A stretch of 64,000 bases of DNA from Podarcis melisellensis. Lineage: Eukaryota. The notes below the pieces were generated by a model. It was not told the origin of the DNA. It made no database searches and saw only the letters and a program-made list of their open reading frames with translations. The stretch is from NCBI GenBank assembly GCA_964234715.1, contig OZ174291.1. One strand, 5' to 3'. The position numbers were made by a program, and so were the translations under genes. Below, one piece after another: positions 12,856 through 24,520 of this stretch. Positions within the stretch are counted from its first letter, which is position 1. Each line of letters opens with the position of its first letter.

Positions 12856-13344
12856 CATTGTCCTGAGGAAAACCCCACACCTCTTTTCTCCTACTTCCCC
12901 ATTCATCAACAGCACCCTCCCACACTTTATGGTTGACACTTAGGGCCATCTGTCTCCAAGCTCTTTGCTCTCCTACTTTCAAGGCCCACAAGGTTCTGGG
13001 AGATGGTGGAATGCTTTCTACTGATAACGTGTCAGCCAGCTGCTGCTCTGGCTCTGCCTCCTCCTCCTCTACCATTATTTCCCAAATTCCCCCCTCATCT
13101 TCCTCTGAGCTGTGGCCTCCCTCAAACCCCTGTTGTAATTCTGAAGTGTCTTCTTCTCTGGAAGGGTCAGGCTGGGGGCGAAGGTCTCCACCATTCCTCC
13201 CCTGCTCAGTCGTTGACACAGAACAAAATAAAAGTTTTGATGGATCAGATTAAGGTGGGGAGGGGATCTATCTAGTTCAGCAGCTGGTGTCTCACAGTGT
13301 CCAAACAGATGTTTCCTGGAACCCCTCCCCCCAAAAAAGGAATA

Positions 13345-13580
13345 CAATGGTTCCTCGGAACTTACTTCGTTCCAGAGGTCCGTTCCTAACCTGAAACTGT
13401 TCTTAACCTGAAGCACCACTTTAGCTTATGGAGCCTCCTGCTACTGCCGCGCCGCCGGAGCACAATTTCTGTTCTCATCCTGAAGCAAAGTTCTTAACCC
13501 AAGGTACTATTTCTGGGTTAGTGGAGTCTGTAACCTGAAGCATCTGTAACCTGAAGCGTATGTAACCTGAGGTACCACTG
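13345..13580. mobile_element. Tc1/mariner (Tigger-like) MITE
   Basis: CA(A/G)TGGT...ACCACTG ends, TA flanks; absent from paralogous segment at ~45145. Confidence 0.75.
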
Positions 13581-15342
13581 TACTCCTGAGGGGTGTTGTG
13601 TGTGAGTGTGCAAAGGAATGTCATTATCCTTTTTATTGGTGCCATGAGAAACAATTCAAATGAATAAGAGTGTATTTGCAAGCTTTTATTTAGTCCACAA
13701 ACATTACCTAATTCCACTATTTATGGAAACATTGTGTTTCTGTTTAAATGTATTGAAGTCATTTGCATAATCAACTGCATTAGTTTTGGCCATAGCAGAC
13801 AGAAGAACGGAATAGCAGAAGCTGAACTGCAGAAGAACGGAAACAATGACTGTGACTAACAAGAATGTGACAGATACCTCTGCCTCCATACATCACTAGA
13901 TACAACCTAGTAGCAGTATTAATATTATATTTTTTAGCAGTGATGAATATATTTATTAAGAGAGAGCAAGCACATGAGCAGAAAAATCCAATGCCAGATG
14001 TTCTGAGGAGGCTGAGGAATCAATAAAGTTTCAGTTCTGAAATAAATTCATAGGGTTGGGATTGGGAATTGGGCCACCAGGGTATTGTAGGATTTCAACT
14101 CCCATCAGACCTTGCCAGAATGACCAGCAATAAAGGATGGTGGGAATTGTAGTCCAGAAACATCTGGAGGGGCCACACATTCCTCATCTGTGCCTAAGGT
14201 CCTGGACTGACCGTGCAACTCATGTTGTCTATCCATCCCTATGAGTGCCATTTTGGCTAGGGGGTGAGAATTACAAGGTTAACTACAAAGGAACAGCTCT
14301 AATGAAGGGTGTGCGCACACTCAAGGATGATGTTGTAGTGGAAGCCAATGCCGTGTTTTAATGGAGACATGAGCATTGTTGATTAATAGCTCACTACTAG
14401 GGGAAGCAGTCGCAGAGCTGCATACGAAGGTCCACCACCTGGTAGTTAGTCACTCACTCACAGGACACGAAATTTTATCCCATTCTTACCAGATACTACA
14501 TGGCATCTTTTTCGCAAATAGTTGAGATTGTAGTGGATCAAAGGATTATCCCAGATTGATTTTGCGATGGACCTGGAGAGTTATTGTCCCAAGAACAGGC
14601 ATGTTGGGGGCCTAATCCAGCTGTGGCTGGCCCTTTGGTTTGCCCTCATGGCCCTTCACTTCATCAAATCTGGCCCTCTTTGAAAAAAGTTTGGACACCA
14701 CTGCCCAAGAAGTTCTATCAAATGTTCTTATTTTTCCAAGTGTCTCCAAAAAGGTAAAGGTAAAGGACCCCTGACAGTTAAGTCCAGTCGTAGACGACTC
14801 TGGGGTTGTGCAAATTGCTGTGCAAAAAAATCTAGAATATCCTCCTACGTATGTGTGTCATACGTGTGCCCTTCCAATGAGATATGTCCCCCTTCCCAAT
14901 ATTGTATGAGAGATGGAGATGTGCTCCTCAAGAATTCAGCTTCTGATCCTTACTGGCCCAGCAGCCCTTCAGCTGGAGATGCTGGCCAAGCAGATGACTT
15001 ATTCAGGATCTATGACACATTCTCCATCTCAAGGCAAAGGAACACAAGAACACTCTTCTGTGCTTTAGAATCTTTATTAACTTTTATATGAACATATTTC
15101 TCCCCCACAGAGGAGTTATTCAAAGAGATGAAAAGAGAATGACCCCCAGGACCACCATGATGATAAAGAGAAGACAACTGGCATGCCTCCTTGAAGGAAA
15201 ACAAAGCAAAGTAAGAAGGAGATGAGAAGAATCCAGGGTTGTAGAAGGAGGCAGGAATAAACTTAAGGCACAGGAACAGATGAATCCAAGGAGTCCACCA
15301 GCATGGAGGAGGCAGCAGCTCTCAACACTTCACTGAACTTCT

Positions 15343-15552
15343 TCAGCAGCAGCCTTGCTTAGGATAGCAGCAACAGGAACCACAGCCGCAAGATCCACAG
15401 CCACAGGAACCACAGCCGCAAGAGTTGCAGGAGCAGGGGGAAGAGCAGCAGCAGCAAGGAGTGCAGCAACAGTTAGGACTGCAGCAGCAGCAGGGGCAGC
15501 AGCAGCACTTGCAGCAGCAGGGAGAGCAGCAACAATTGGAGCAGCAGGACAT
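15343..15552 (-). CDS. Ultra-Cys-rich EDC protein, subfamily A copy 1 (EDPCCC-like), 69 aa
   Basis: [15 protein letters not shown]...CCCYPKQGCC, 36/69 Cys; acceptor 15579-15580, donor 16203-16204, TATATAAA 16277-16284, AATAAA 15073-15078. Confidence 0.9.
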   Translation of the reverse strand: MSCCSNCCCSPCCCKCCCCPCCCCSPNCCCTPCCCCSSPCSCNSCGCGSCGCGSCGCGSCCCYPKQGCC

Positions 15553-16204
15553 CTTAGCGGTGGAGAGGGAAGGCGGAGCTGAAAGGATTCAAGGGATTTC
15601 TCATTAAGCAAACACAACACAATATTAAGTACACCTTAGATGTACAAACATTAAAGCTTAAGACCAACATGAAACATATGTTTAAAGTTTGCTACACATT
15701 GCATCAAGGAAAGGAATGCATAAACTGGCCTCTTCTGAGTCTTTGTTGGGAACTCACTGGAAGTCAGAGGATGCTCTCTGAGCCCCCAACATCCTATTAA
15801 GAAACAGATGGCATGCTTGGCAGAAAAAAAGACTATCTTAGATCCTGGGCAACACAATATTAGGCAAACGTTTTAGTCCTACAATGCTGAAAGAATTCAG
15901 GCCTAAAGGCAAGATCCCAACTTCTCTTTGAATGAATAAAAACATGTGTTGTAAAAAATGGCATTTGCAAGAGACCTTCAATCCCTTGCCCCCAAGAGAA
16001 AAGTAGGCTTTGAGTTAGAATTAACATCAATTACGCTTTTCTCCATGCACACATCCTCATGTGGCAGGAGGCCAGGATTGGTCACCAAGAATAAGAAATA
16101 TAGTGAACCAGTTTCATTGCAAAACCGGAGCTGTTAGATTACATCCTAAAGACCTGAAGCTCTCCTGAAATCTAGGAAACCAAAAGAATGAAGACAGAAC
16201 ATAC

Positions 16205-17459
16205 CTTTTTCAGCAATAAGATTTGGTGTGGATGTTGGATCCAGTGAGTGAGTGAGGAACTCTTGAATGGTGGGCCTTTATATACCCCTCTGTGAATCCT
16301 CCTGCAAACAGTTATGCACCAACCAGTGATTACGAGGTCTTCATTAAAAGTCCTCTACCACACAATCATCAGGTGCATGATTCTTGACTCTGTCCACATC
16401 CGTCCATTTTAAAGGCAGGTGATTAAAGTTAAAGGCAGGTGATTAAAGTAATTCCCAGTTCTGTCCAAAGGGGGCACTTATGGAATTGCTTCAAATCAAT
16501 TATGTTCAGATGAACAGGCATCATATGTGTTTCTCTCTGAGATCTGATGCCATAGGGTATTAGTTTTTAGATTGTTGACCCATGGACACAATCTTTAGGC
16601 CATTCTTTCTTAGTACGTCATGCAACATGTACTCAAGGCAGGCCCATTAAAGTTCATAGACATGGCTGACTTTGCTTTATTCATTTTAGTGCTTCTACTC
16701 TAAGTAGAACTTCTGGATAGAAGCCAATTACTTTTGCACAGCTCAGATGTCTAGTGCAAATTACGCTGTGTTATTCTTTCTGTGTGACAGAATCCTGGAA
16801 GACAGTCATCGGAGGCAGCCCAAATGTATTGCAGTAGTCTAGCATTTAATTTTTGCTGTAGTAAACATTTGTGAAAGCCACATATTAAATCAAAAAATAT
16901 GGGACTGCTATTGTTCACCCTCCTGGTCAGCTAACCAAACAGCCACAATATGGTGGCAAATGCTATTCCTGTTTGCTCATTGCTGATAAATATGTGTTAT
17001 GATCATCAAATAACAAGTCCCATGGATCCAAACGTCAGATCCTTTGAGCTTGGGGCGGGAAGTAGAGTCAGAAGATCCGATGGTATTTCCTGGTAAAAGA
17101 AGGTGTTGGATCACGATGAGAAACTCCCACGGCACCCATTCATCTCAGCATAATTGTTTTTAAAAACAGTCCCATAACTGCACCTTTAATCAGGGCTGAG
17201 AATTACAGTGTTTCCAGAATACAGTTTTAATCATATACTTTTAAAAAGGGGGGGGGGGTTGTGAATACAGTCAGAGGTCATGCCCCAGATGACGGTGTGG
17301 GGCAGCATCAAGGTTTAATGCAGACCATTTAATTCTTCAGTTGTGCATCATGGATTATGAAAGGGTTGACAGAGGTATATAAAAAGGTCCACCTTCTTGG
17401 AATACTTCATCAACACACTGGATCCAATATCCACACAGCACCTCCTATACTGAACAAAG
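16205..17459. promoter_or_regulatory. Divergent promoter region of pair 1 with both non-coding first exons
   Basis: TATATAAA 16277-16284 (-) and 17376-17383 (+); donors at 16204 (-) and 17460 (+). Confidence 0.8.
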
Positions 17460-18371
17460 GTAAGCTCATTTCCAATATTTATGCATTCTTCCTATTTACT
17501 GCAGGGGAGCTGAAGGTTTGAGGGAGGCCAGTGACTCTGGTCTTGTGAAATGCATCTGAATCAAATGAACAGAGGGGCCAAGAGTCTCCCAATTTGGATT
17601 CTGTTAGCATTTCAGATTTCAGCATTTCAACCGGCATATTTTAATACATAGATCCATGCTGTTTTAAATAACAGACTCCTTGCGGGTTCTTTGGGTTTTA
17701 CTTGAACTAATCATCTAATTATCTCTTCAACAAATCTGTGTGATGGATGCTACATTTTCATAAGTTGTATTTTTGAGGACTGACCAGTTCCCCTGCCTCT
17801 GGGCTGTTGAATGGAGTCCTTATTACAGTAATGACTTCCCTAGAGATATAAATTTCTTCTCGTATCAACTGAGGAGGAATATTCCTCCCATAATATATTT
17901 CAAGTATACATCTAAAATTACTGATACCTACAACATAAAAAAGTGACACAGGGAAATAACCAGGGAACATGTCACATGTATTGAGCTGTGAGAGAATCAA
18001 GATTGTTTGTAGGGCCAATTGCTTTTGTAATGGGGGGACAAATCTGAGTTTCCTTTCACATAAAGGGGAAAATGGCCCAGGATTTAGTGTGAAGTTAAAA
18101 TCAATATTGAATTCTTGGTTGGATAGAATGCTCCATTTCAACACTCAACAGGCAGTCATTTCTCCCATGTTTTATATGACACCCAAATCTTTATGTAATG
18201 TAGGCGAATAATTTCAGCTCCATTATGAGCAGGAGAAAGTGTATGTGAAATATATAGTGCTTAAAGCAAAACACAAGTAAAATATGTCTTTAACACATCA
18301 GACGATGTGGCGCTTAGTTAACTGGTGATCCCTTGATTTCCTGCAGCTCAAGCTTCCTTCTCTTCCTCAAG

Positions 18372-18584
18372 ATGTCCTGCTGTTGCCAGTGTGGCTGCTC
18401 CCCTTGCTGCTGCAAGCAGTGCTGCTCTTCCCCTTGCTGCGGCTGTGGCTGTTGCAAGCAGTGTTGCTGCTCCCCTTGTTGTTGCAAGCAGTGTTGCTGC
18501 TCTTCCCCCTGCTGTGGTTCCGGGTGCTGTGGATCTTCCTGCTGTGGCTGCAAATGCTGCTATCCTAAGCAATGCAAATGCTGA
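18372..18584 (+). CDS. Ultra-Cys-rich EDC protein, subfamily B copy 1, 70 aa
   Basis: [16 protein letters not shown]...[12 protein letters not shown], 35/70 Cys; acceptor AG 18345-18346; AATAAA 18929-18934. Confidence 0.9.
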   Translation: MSCCCQCGCSPCCCKQCCSSPCCGCGCCKQCCCSPCCCKQCCCSSPCCGSGCCGSSCCGCKCCYPKQCKC

Positions 18585-19413
18585 AGAACCCCAAGGAAAG
18601 CTCTCAATGTTTACAGGGAATCTACAATTGATAGTCCATTGAATAATCCCACCACCATGAGTACTGACTTCAAGGGCTGCTGCTTGATTCCTGACATTCA
18701 GACTCTCTCTGGAATGTCCTTCTTCATCCTCAAGTTGTGTCTTCCTCTCCTCTTCTTGTTCTGTACTCTTTGACTCGCCTGGATGTTCTCCTAGGAACCA
18801 TCTCTAACAAGGCATTTCCCATGGTGCCATCATGGCACTCTCTATGTGTGTGACTCTTTCTTTTTTCTTTCTCTTCTACATTTCTAATTCTTCTTTTATT
18901 GTACAATCTACCTGCTTGCATGGCAACTAATAAAATGGCAAACCGTCTCCTAAAGTCTTGTTTTATCTTCGCCTTAAATTGAATTGAGCGGAGGCTCAAT
19001 GTCTGTGAGCAGCCCCTGCTTGGATGTACATCATAGCCCACCACAATCGATGGCACTGAATGATCGGGGAGTGGGTTTGGGGAAAATGCACTGCTGCTTC
19101 AGTTATTGAAGGGCTACTCCAAGATGATGCAGGTAGATGATTCTGGGGTAGGTGGACCAACCATGTCATTGGACCATTCACATATATGGTATAGAAGCAA
19201 TAGCAGAGCAACTGCTTTGTAAGCAGAATGCCCAAGGTTCAACCACTGACATCTCCAGTTAGAAAATATTGAGCAGCAGTGTTGCCCACTTTCAATCTCT
19301 GCTTGCATGCTTCCTGAAGACATCTGAATGGAGTCACCATAGCACATTGCTGGGTACTGGAATAGTTGGTCATTTCTCCTGGATTTGGAGGGGTCTTCTT
19401 CTGTCCTTATGAC

Positions 19414-19920
19414 TATCAGGCATCAGATGACGCAAACCCCCATGGTAGGTCGCCAGGAACCGATAAGAAAAGGAAAGTCCTTAGCAATGCTTTTTATTCA
19501 ATATTCACAGAGAGAGAGGCTTAGAAATGGAGCATCTTGGAGTAATGGTGTTGCTCCGAGTGTTCCCCACATCCTCTGTCTCTCCCACTTCCTCATGAGC
19601 CATCGCTATGGATGCTGCAAAGTGCCTTTTACCTTTGAGCTCTTTGTGATCCTACTTTCAAGGCCCGCTGTGTTCTGGGGGGTGGGTGGGTCCTGGAACG
19701 CTTTCTAAATACACTGTGTCCATCAGCTGGCGCCCTCCTGGTGCTTCCTCTTCCTTCTTCTCCTCTCTCATTATTTCCCAACTTTCCCCCTCATCTGCCT
19801 CTGAGCTGTGATCACCCTCAAACCAAGCCCTGTTGTAATTCTGATCTGTCGCCGCCTTCTCTGTAAGGGTTAGGCAGGGGAGGCCATCTCCACCATTCCT
19901 CCTCTGCTCAGTCCTTGACA
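19414..19920 (-). mobile_element. Solo LTR (Gypsy-like)
   Basis: T(A)TCA...TGACA ends, 5-bp TSD ATGAC; empty site in the inverted paralog at ~54415. Confidence 0.75.
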
Positions 19921-20093
19921 ATGACTGTGTTCCAGGTCATTTAAGAACATACAAACATGGGGTTGGACGTGGTGACCCTTGGCTCCCTTCCAACTCTAAG
20001 ATTTTATGATTCTAAGAAGAGCTTGCTCAGTCAGATCAATGGCCGGTCTAGTCCAGCATCCTGTCCCCACAATGGCAAGACAGATGCCTATAG

Positions 20094-20326
20094 CAGGCAT
20101 GTCCAACAGGTAGATCATAATCTACCAGTAGATCACTGGATATCTGTGGTAGATCACTGGTAGATCACTGGCTCCCCCAAAAGACTCTGAACAACTGTGG
20201 CTCCCCTAAAAAAAGCTCAACATTTTACCTCCTCCCTTAAAAAACTCAACAACTTTGACCTAAACTCCACTGCCACTTTTTAACTCTGTGTGTAGATCAC
20301 AGTCTCTTGGGAGCTGGCCACCCCTG
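20094..20326. mobile_element. hAT-type non-autonomous element
   Basis: CAGG...CCTG ends, 8-bp TSD GCCTATAG/GCCTATGG, internal GTAGATCAC repeats; also present in the inverted paralog ~54025-54245. Confidence 0.7.
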
Positions 20327-21780
20327 GCCTATGGCACACAATCAGAACACAAACACAAGAGCACTGTGGCTTCCAGCAACTGGTATTAAGAACCATTACT
20401 GCCTAAAACTAACCGCCATTGTGGTTAGTAGCTCTGGAAAGTTCCACCTCCATGAATTTGTCTAATCCTGCTTTAAAGCCATCTAGGTTGGTGGTCAACA
20501 CGGCCTCCCGTGGGAGCACCTTTCATTGTTTTAACTATGCATTGCATGAAGACCTTCTTCTTCTCTGGGATCTTCCAGCAATCAGCTTTTAGACAATGAA
20601 AGGTAAAACACATGAAAACACACATGATCTTACACTACCCCAACTGATGGGAGGCTGGGAATTTACCTGGTAGGCTGAGGATAAGTAGATTCAAATGGCT
20701 TCTACTTCAAATCAGCCTCAATATCCTTACATCCTTCAAAAAAGGTACTCTTAAAATCCCAATATTCTACCCATTTTGCATGGAGGCATTTCATTATAAG
20801 ATGGACACTGACTGGCATCAGCTCTCCGGAGATGAACTTAGACCTTTCTGCATGCAAAATAGCTGCTCTACCACAGAGCTTTGATCCTTCCTTCCTAAAT
20901 GCCCTTTGGGGTTTCCTCCCAATTCTATGATTCTATTATTCTATGTATTTCTGGTGGCAGGTTCTCCAGCCCATCATCAAAACACTACAACTGCCATGGG
21001 GGACTTTGTCCAAAGCACTTCGTTATATCAATGTACAATAATTCCTCAGCAGCCCCATGATCCACCAAACTCGTAAATCTATCCAAAAAAGAATTGTGAT
21101 TCACCTGGCAGGAAGACTTTTTTTTGAGAAATTGATGTTGAGTCTTAGTAATCACAGCATCCTTTTCTATGTGCTCATAGGTCGACTGTTTAATTAACTT
21201 TGCTATAATCTTTCCTGGTATTGATGTCAAGCTGACCAGTCTGTAGCTACGTGAGTCTTCTCCCCACATACAAACTGTTTGAAGATGGGAACAGCATCAG
21301 CCCTTGTCCAGTCTGCAGGGATCTCACATTTCCTCCATGGATTCTCAAAAATTCTGGACAGAGGCTCTGTGGTTATATCTGTGGTTATATTCTATTATTC
21401 TATGAATTTCTGGTGGCAGGTTCTCCATCTCCATCCCATCATCAAAACACTACAACTGCCATGGGGGACTTTATCCAAAGCCTTAGCTAAATCAAGGTAC
21501 ACTATTTCTGCAGCAGCCCCGTCATCCACCAAGCTAATCTATCAAAAAAAGAATTGAGATTCATCTGGTATGAACAATATTTTGAGAAATCCATGTTGAG
21601 TCTTAGTAATCGCAACATCCTTTTCTATGTGCTCATAGGCCAACTGTTTAATTATCCATGCTATAATCTTTCCTGGTATTGATGTCAAACTGACCAGTCT
21701 GTAGCTACGTGGATCTTCTCCCCACATACAAACTGTTTGAAGATGGGAACAGCATCGGCCCTTGTCCAGTCTGCAGGGAC

Positions 21781-22279
21781 TTGATTGATTGATTTATTAC
21801 GGCCATTGACCCATATCTAAAAACAATACATCAAAATTTATCCATAATCAATACAATTTAAACAGTTCCAAGTTAAAACACCCCTATAAAACCAATTTTA
21901 CTTCCATTAAGTAAACTATACAGAATAAGCTCCCTCTATGTCAACCGCAATTCAAATCCCTCAGATTTGGGGGGATATGCGTCTTAGTTCTGGCACTTAT
22001 TGATGGTTCTTAAGTTTGGCTAAGCTGTCAGAGTCATACAGTGATCCATTTCTCCTCTTATGAAATAAGACATTAATCAGGTATCTAGCGACTGCAAGGG
22101 ATCTACTTGAGTCTTCGTCGTTTAATAAGTATATTATTTGGGCTTCCTGAGGTCTGTCAGCAATTCTCGATAAATATGGGGCCAGAAACTTGGACCGTGA
22201 AGCTGAATGTAAAGGACAACAGAAGATTATATGATATAACGATTCTATAGATCCACTTTTACAGTCAGAGAGAAGTGAC
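21781..22279 (-). mobile_element. 5'-truncated LINE 3' end (RTE-X/L2-superfamily-like) with (TCAA)n tail
   Basis: Stop-free frame 22269->21997 translating SDCKSGSIESLYHIIFCCPLHSASR... (C-terminal Cys/His motif of non-LTR ORF2); AATAAA then (TCAA)3; whole insert bounded by 14-bp TSD CAGTCTGCAGGGAC. Confidence 0.7.
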
Positions 22280-22313
22280 TCTTGGCCTTTTGGCTAAGAT
22301 CAAGTGTAGTATC
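22280..22313 (+). pseudogene. U2 snRNA 5' fragment (retrocopy)
   Basis: TCTTGGCCTTTTGGCTAAGATCAAGTGTAGTATC matches vertebrate U2 5' region including the GTAGTA branch-site recognition sequence, one CpG-type change. Confidence 0.9.
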
Positions 22314-22648
22314 AGTCTGCAGGGACCTCATGTTTCCTCCATGGATTCTCAAAAATTATGGACAGAGGCTCTGTGGTTATATCTGTAAGCTCCTTTAGTA
22401 CGCTTGGGTGCACCTCATCAGGCCTTGCCAATTTGAATCCATTTAAAGTAGCTAGGTGTTCCTTTGCCACCTATTTTCCTATCTGAGGCTGCAGTTCCTT
22501 CCTTGCACCTTTTATCCTGTTGTCACCAGGTTAGGTTCTGCTTTAATAATAAGTGAAGAGAGGGACAATGTAGGGGTTCAGCAGTTTCACCTCTTTTGCA
22601 AGACCGAGGTCATTCGAAGCTTTTGCTTGCCTGACCTTCATCCTGCAA

Positions 22649-23453
22649 AGACTCTCCTCCTGGAAGAGAGGGGAGTGGTTGTGGGCGGGAACCCGAGCTC
22701 CACCTTTAGCAGGGGGCGTTAGCCCCCTGCCTTCCACTCACCTGGCTGGCGCCCACGCCCATCGGCAGGCACCCAACCAGGTGTCTCTGAGGGGGCGTGT
22801 ATGGCAGCCTATATGCTGCAGCGCCAGCCCCTCCTCGGCCTCACTCTTCATCATCCCGTCGCGAGTCACCCACCCTCCACTCCCTTTTAGCTCAGGGTCT
22901 TACTTTTCCTTGGTCTTGCTATGGACCTTAGGTTGGTCGCCCAGGTTGTCCAGGGGGCCTGGTAGGAATTTTTCCATTTGGCATTAGGCTTTTTGGTTTT
23001 TTCGCCTACCTCGTAGCAATCGTCACAACTTTTGTGGTATTGGTGGGTAGGTTAGGAATTGGAATAATGTGTTGTGGTGTTGAAGAGCTAGGTGTGGCCA
23101 TCGCCTATGCCTTCAATTTTTGGGTATTCCGTTAAAGGAATCTGGCGGTCGTGTATTCAGTCCGATGCCTGCTTGGCGGGAGGCCATGGCACGACTCTCG
23201 GTGACATCAGGGGACAGCCTATAGTTGGATTAGCATCAACAGGCTCAACCTACTGGTGAATAAACCCCCCTTGTTTCTGACTCACCCCTTTTTGAGGGGG
23301 TGGAGTCAGTCAGCTGACGTAATCCAATGCCTAAGCCAATACCTTTTTCACTTGCTGTAATCAATAAAGTTGTGGCCTTTTCTTGCCCATTAACCTAATA
23401 TTACGTGTCCTTGTGTATTCATTCCACTTTGGGGGAATCGGGTCCTCGAACCA
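22649..23453 (+). mobile_element. GC/CpG-rich ~805-bp insertion, probable DIRS/Ngaro-type terminal repeat
   Basis: Absent from paralog (~52535-52545); inserted at a CAA trinucleotide present at both ends; no TG..CA ends; CAATAAAGTTGTGGCC near 3' end. Confidence 0.5.
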
Positions 23454-24292
23454 CAACTGTTGGAAGGAAGGTGTATACCCTTCCTTCATGATTTCTCATT
23501 TCCTCCATTTAGCAGATATGCCCTTCTGAAATTTCATCTATAAGCCACTGATTTCTTTAGAGGACTCCAACTTTTCTTTCTTGTTGGAATAGTCTGCAAT
23601 TGTATGGAACTTGTTGGTATTCTCTGTCTTTGTGCCTTCAATATTTTGCCTTTAAGAAACTCCCATCCCTCTTGGACTCCCTTCTCTTTGAGTTTTTCTG
23701 ACCATGGGATCTCACCCATTTTCAAATACATCCAGATTTCCCATGCCTCTGTATCATGAAACCCAAGAAGATATGATCAGTTCCTTCCCAGGTCCCCAGT
23801 ACTTCTAATTCAATGATGAATTCCTGCCAGTTGGTAAGGACCAGGTCCAATATAGATAATCTATATGCTGCTTCCTTCACCTTCTGGGCAATGAAATGAT
23901 TAGTGAAGGAAAGTGAGGAATTTGTTGGGAATTATATTCTTGGGAGTGTGACAGATTCAACAGTTATCCAGAAGTCTCCTCTCACCCCAATTTAAGGGAA
24001 AGATACACCAAACTATAAGAGATGCTTTATCATTTTATTTGTTGCCATGAGAGCAGGTAGATTCTACAATAGCAGAATGTTCAGAAATGTAGCAGAGATA
24101 GAAAAGAGCGAGAAAAGAGAGTCACACACATTTCAAATGTCTTCCTTGTTAGAGAATGGCTGAGTGAATCAGGAAGATGAGTGCAAGCAGTCAACCAGCA
24201 GCCTTGACACCAGAGCTCCTGATGGTGGGATTGTTCATTGGACTGTATGCTGTAGACTCCCTGTTTGCATTCAGAGCTCCCCTTGGGGTTCT

Positions 24293-24520
24293 TCAGCATT
24301 TGCAGCCACAGCAGGAAGACCCACAGCACCCGGAACCACAGGAGGGGGAACAGCAGCAGCAGGGGGAGCAGCAACAGCTGGGGGAACAGCAGCAGCAAGG
24401 GGAGCAGCAACACTGTTTGCAACAACAGGGGGAGCAGCAACACTGCTTGCAGCAACAGGGGGAACAGCAGCACTGCTTGCAGCAACAAGGAGAGCAGCAA
24501 CACTTGCAACAGCAGGACAT
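24293..24520 (-). CDS. Ultra-Cys-rich EDC protein, subfamily B copy 2, 75 aa (short C-terminus)
   Basis: 3x [10 protein letters not shown], 42/75 Cys, ends GCKC; acceptor 24542-24543, donor 25034-25035; TATA altered (TATGTAAG). Confidence 0.85.
   Translation of the reverse strand: MSCCCKCCCSPCCCKQCCCSPCCCKQCCCSPCCCKQCCCSPCCCCSPSCCCSPCCCCSPSCGSGCCGSSCCGCKC

Larger units (their letters stand above)
20950..23990 (-). mobile_element. Degenerate CR1 LINE ORF2 fragments (locally duplicated, interrupted by two younger insertions)
   Basis: Translated motifs YRLVSLTSIPGKII (twice: 20985-21269, 21542-21727) and WEFLK..ILKAQ. Confidence 0.8.

Noticed and set aside
15343-15552. Metallothionein or KRTAP identity for the small Cys proteins
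   Set aside because: No MDP start, no three-coding-exon structure or MT Cys spacing; KRTAPs are mammalian and intronless, whereas these have a 5'UTR intron and sit among squamate repeats
18333-18371. N-terminal extensions in the ORF track (MISCSSS..., MGNPFF..., MVLFQL..., MLCGSS...)
   Set aside because: They start in the intron upstream of the AG acceptor, mostly at non-ATG codons; true starts are the downstream ATGs
22280-22313. Functional U2 (and U6 at 62110-62150) snRNA genes
   Set aside because: Only 34-41-nt fragments, no PSE/terminator context, enclosed within retrotransposition TSDs
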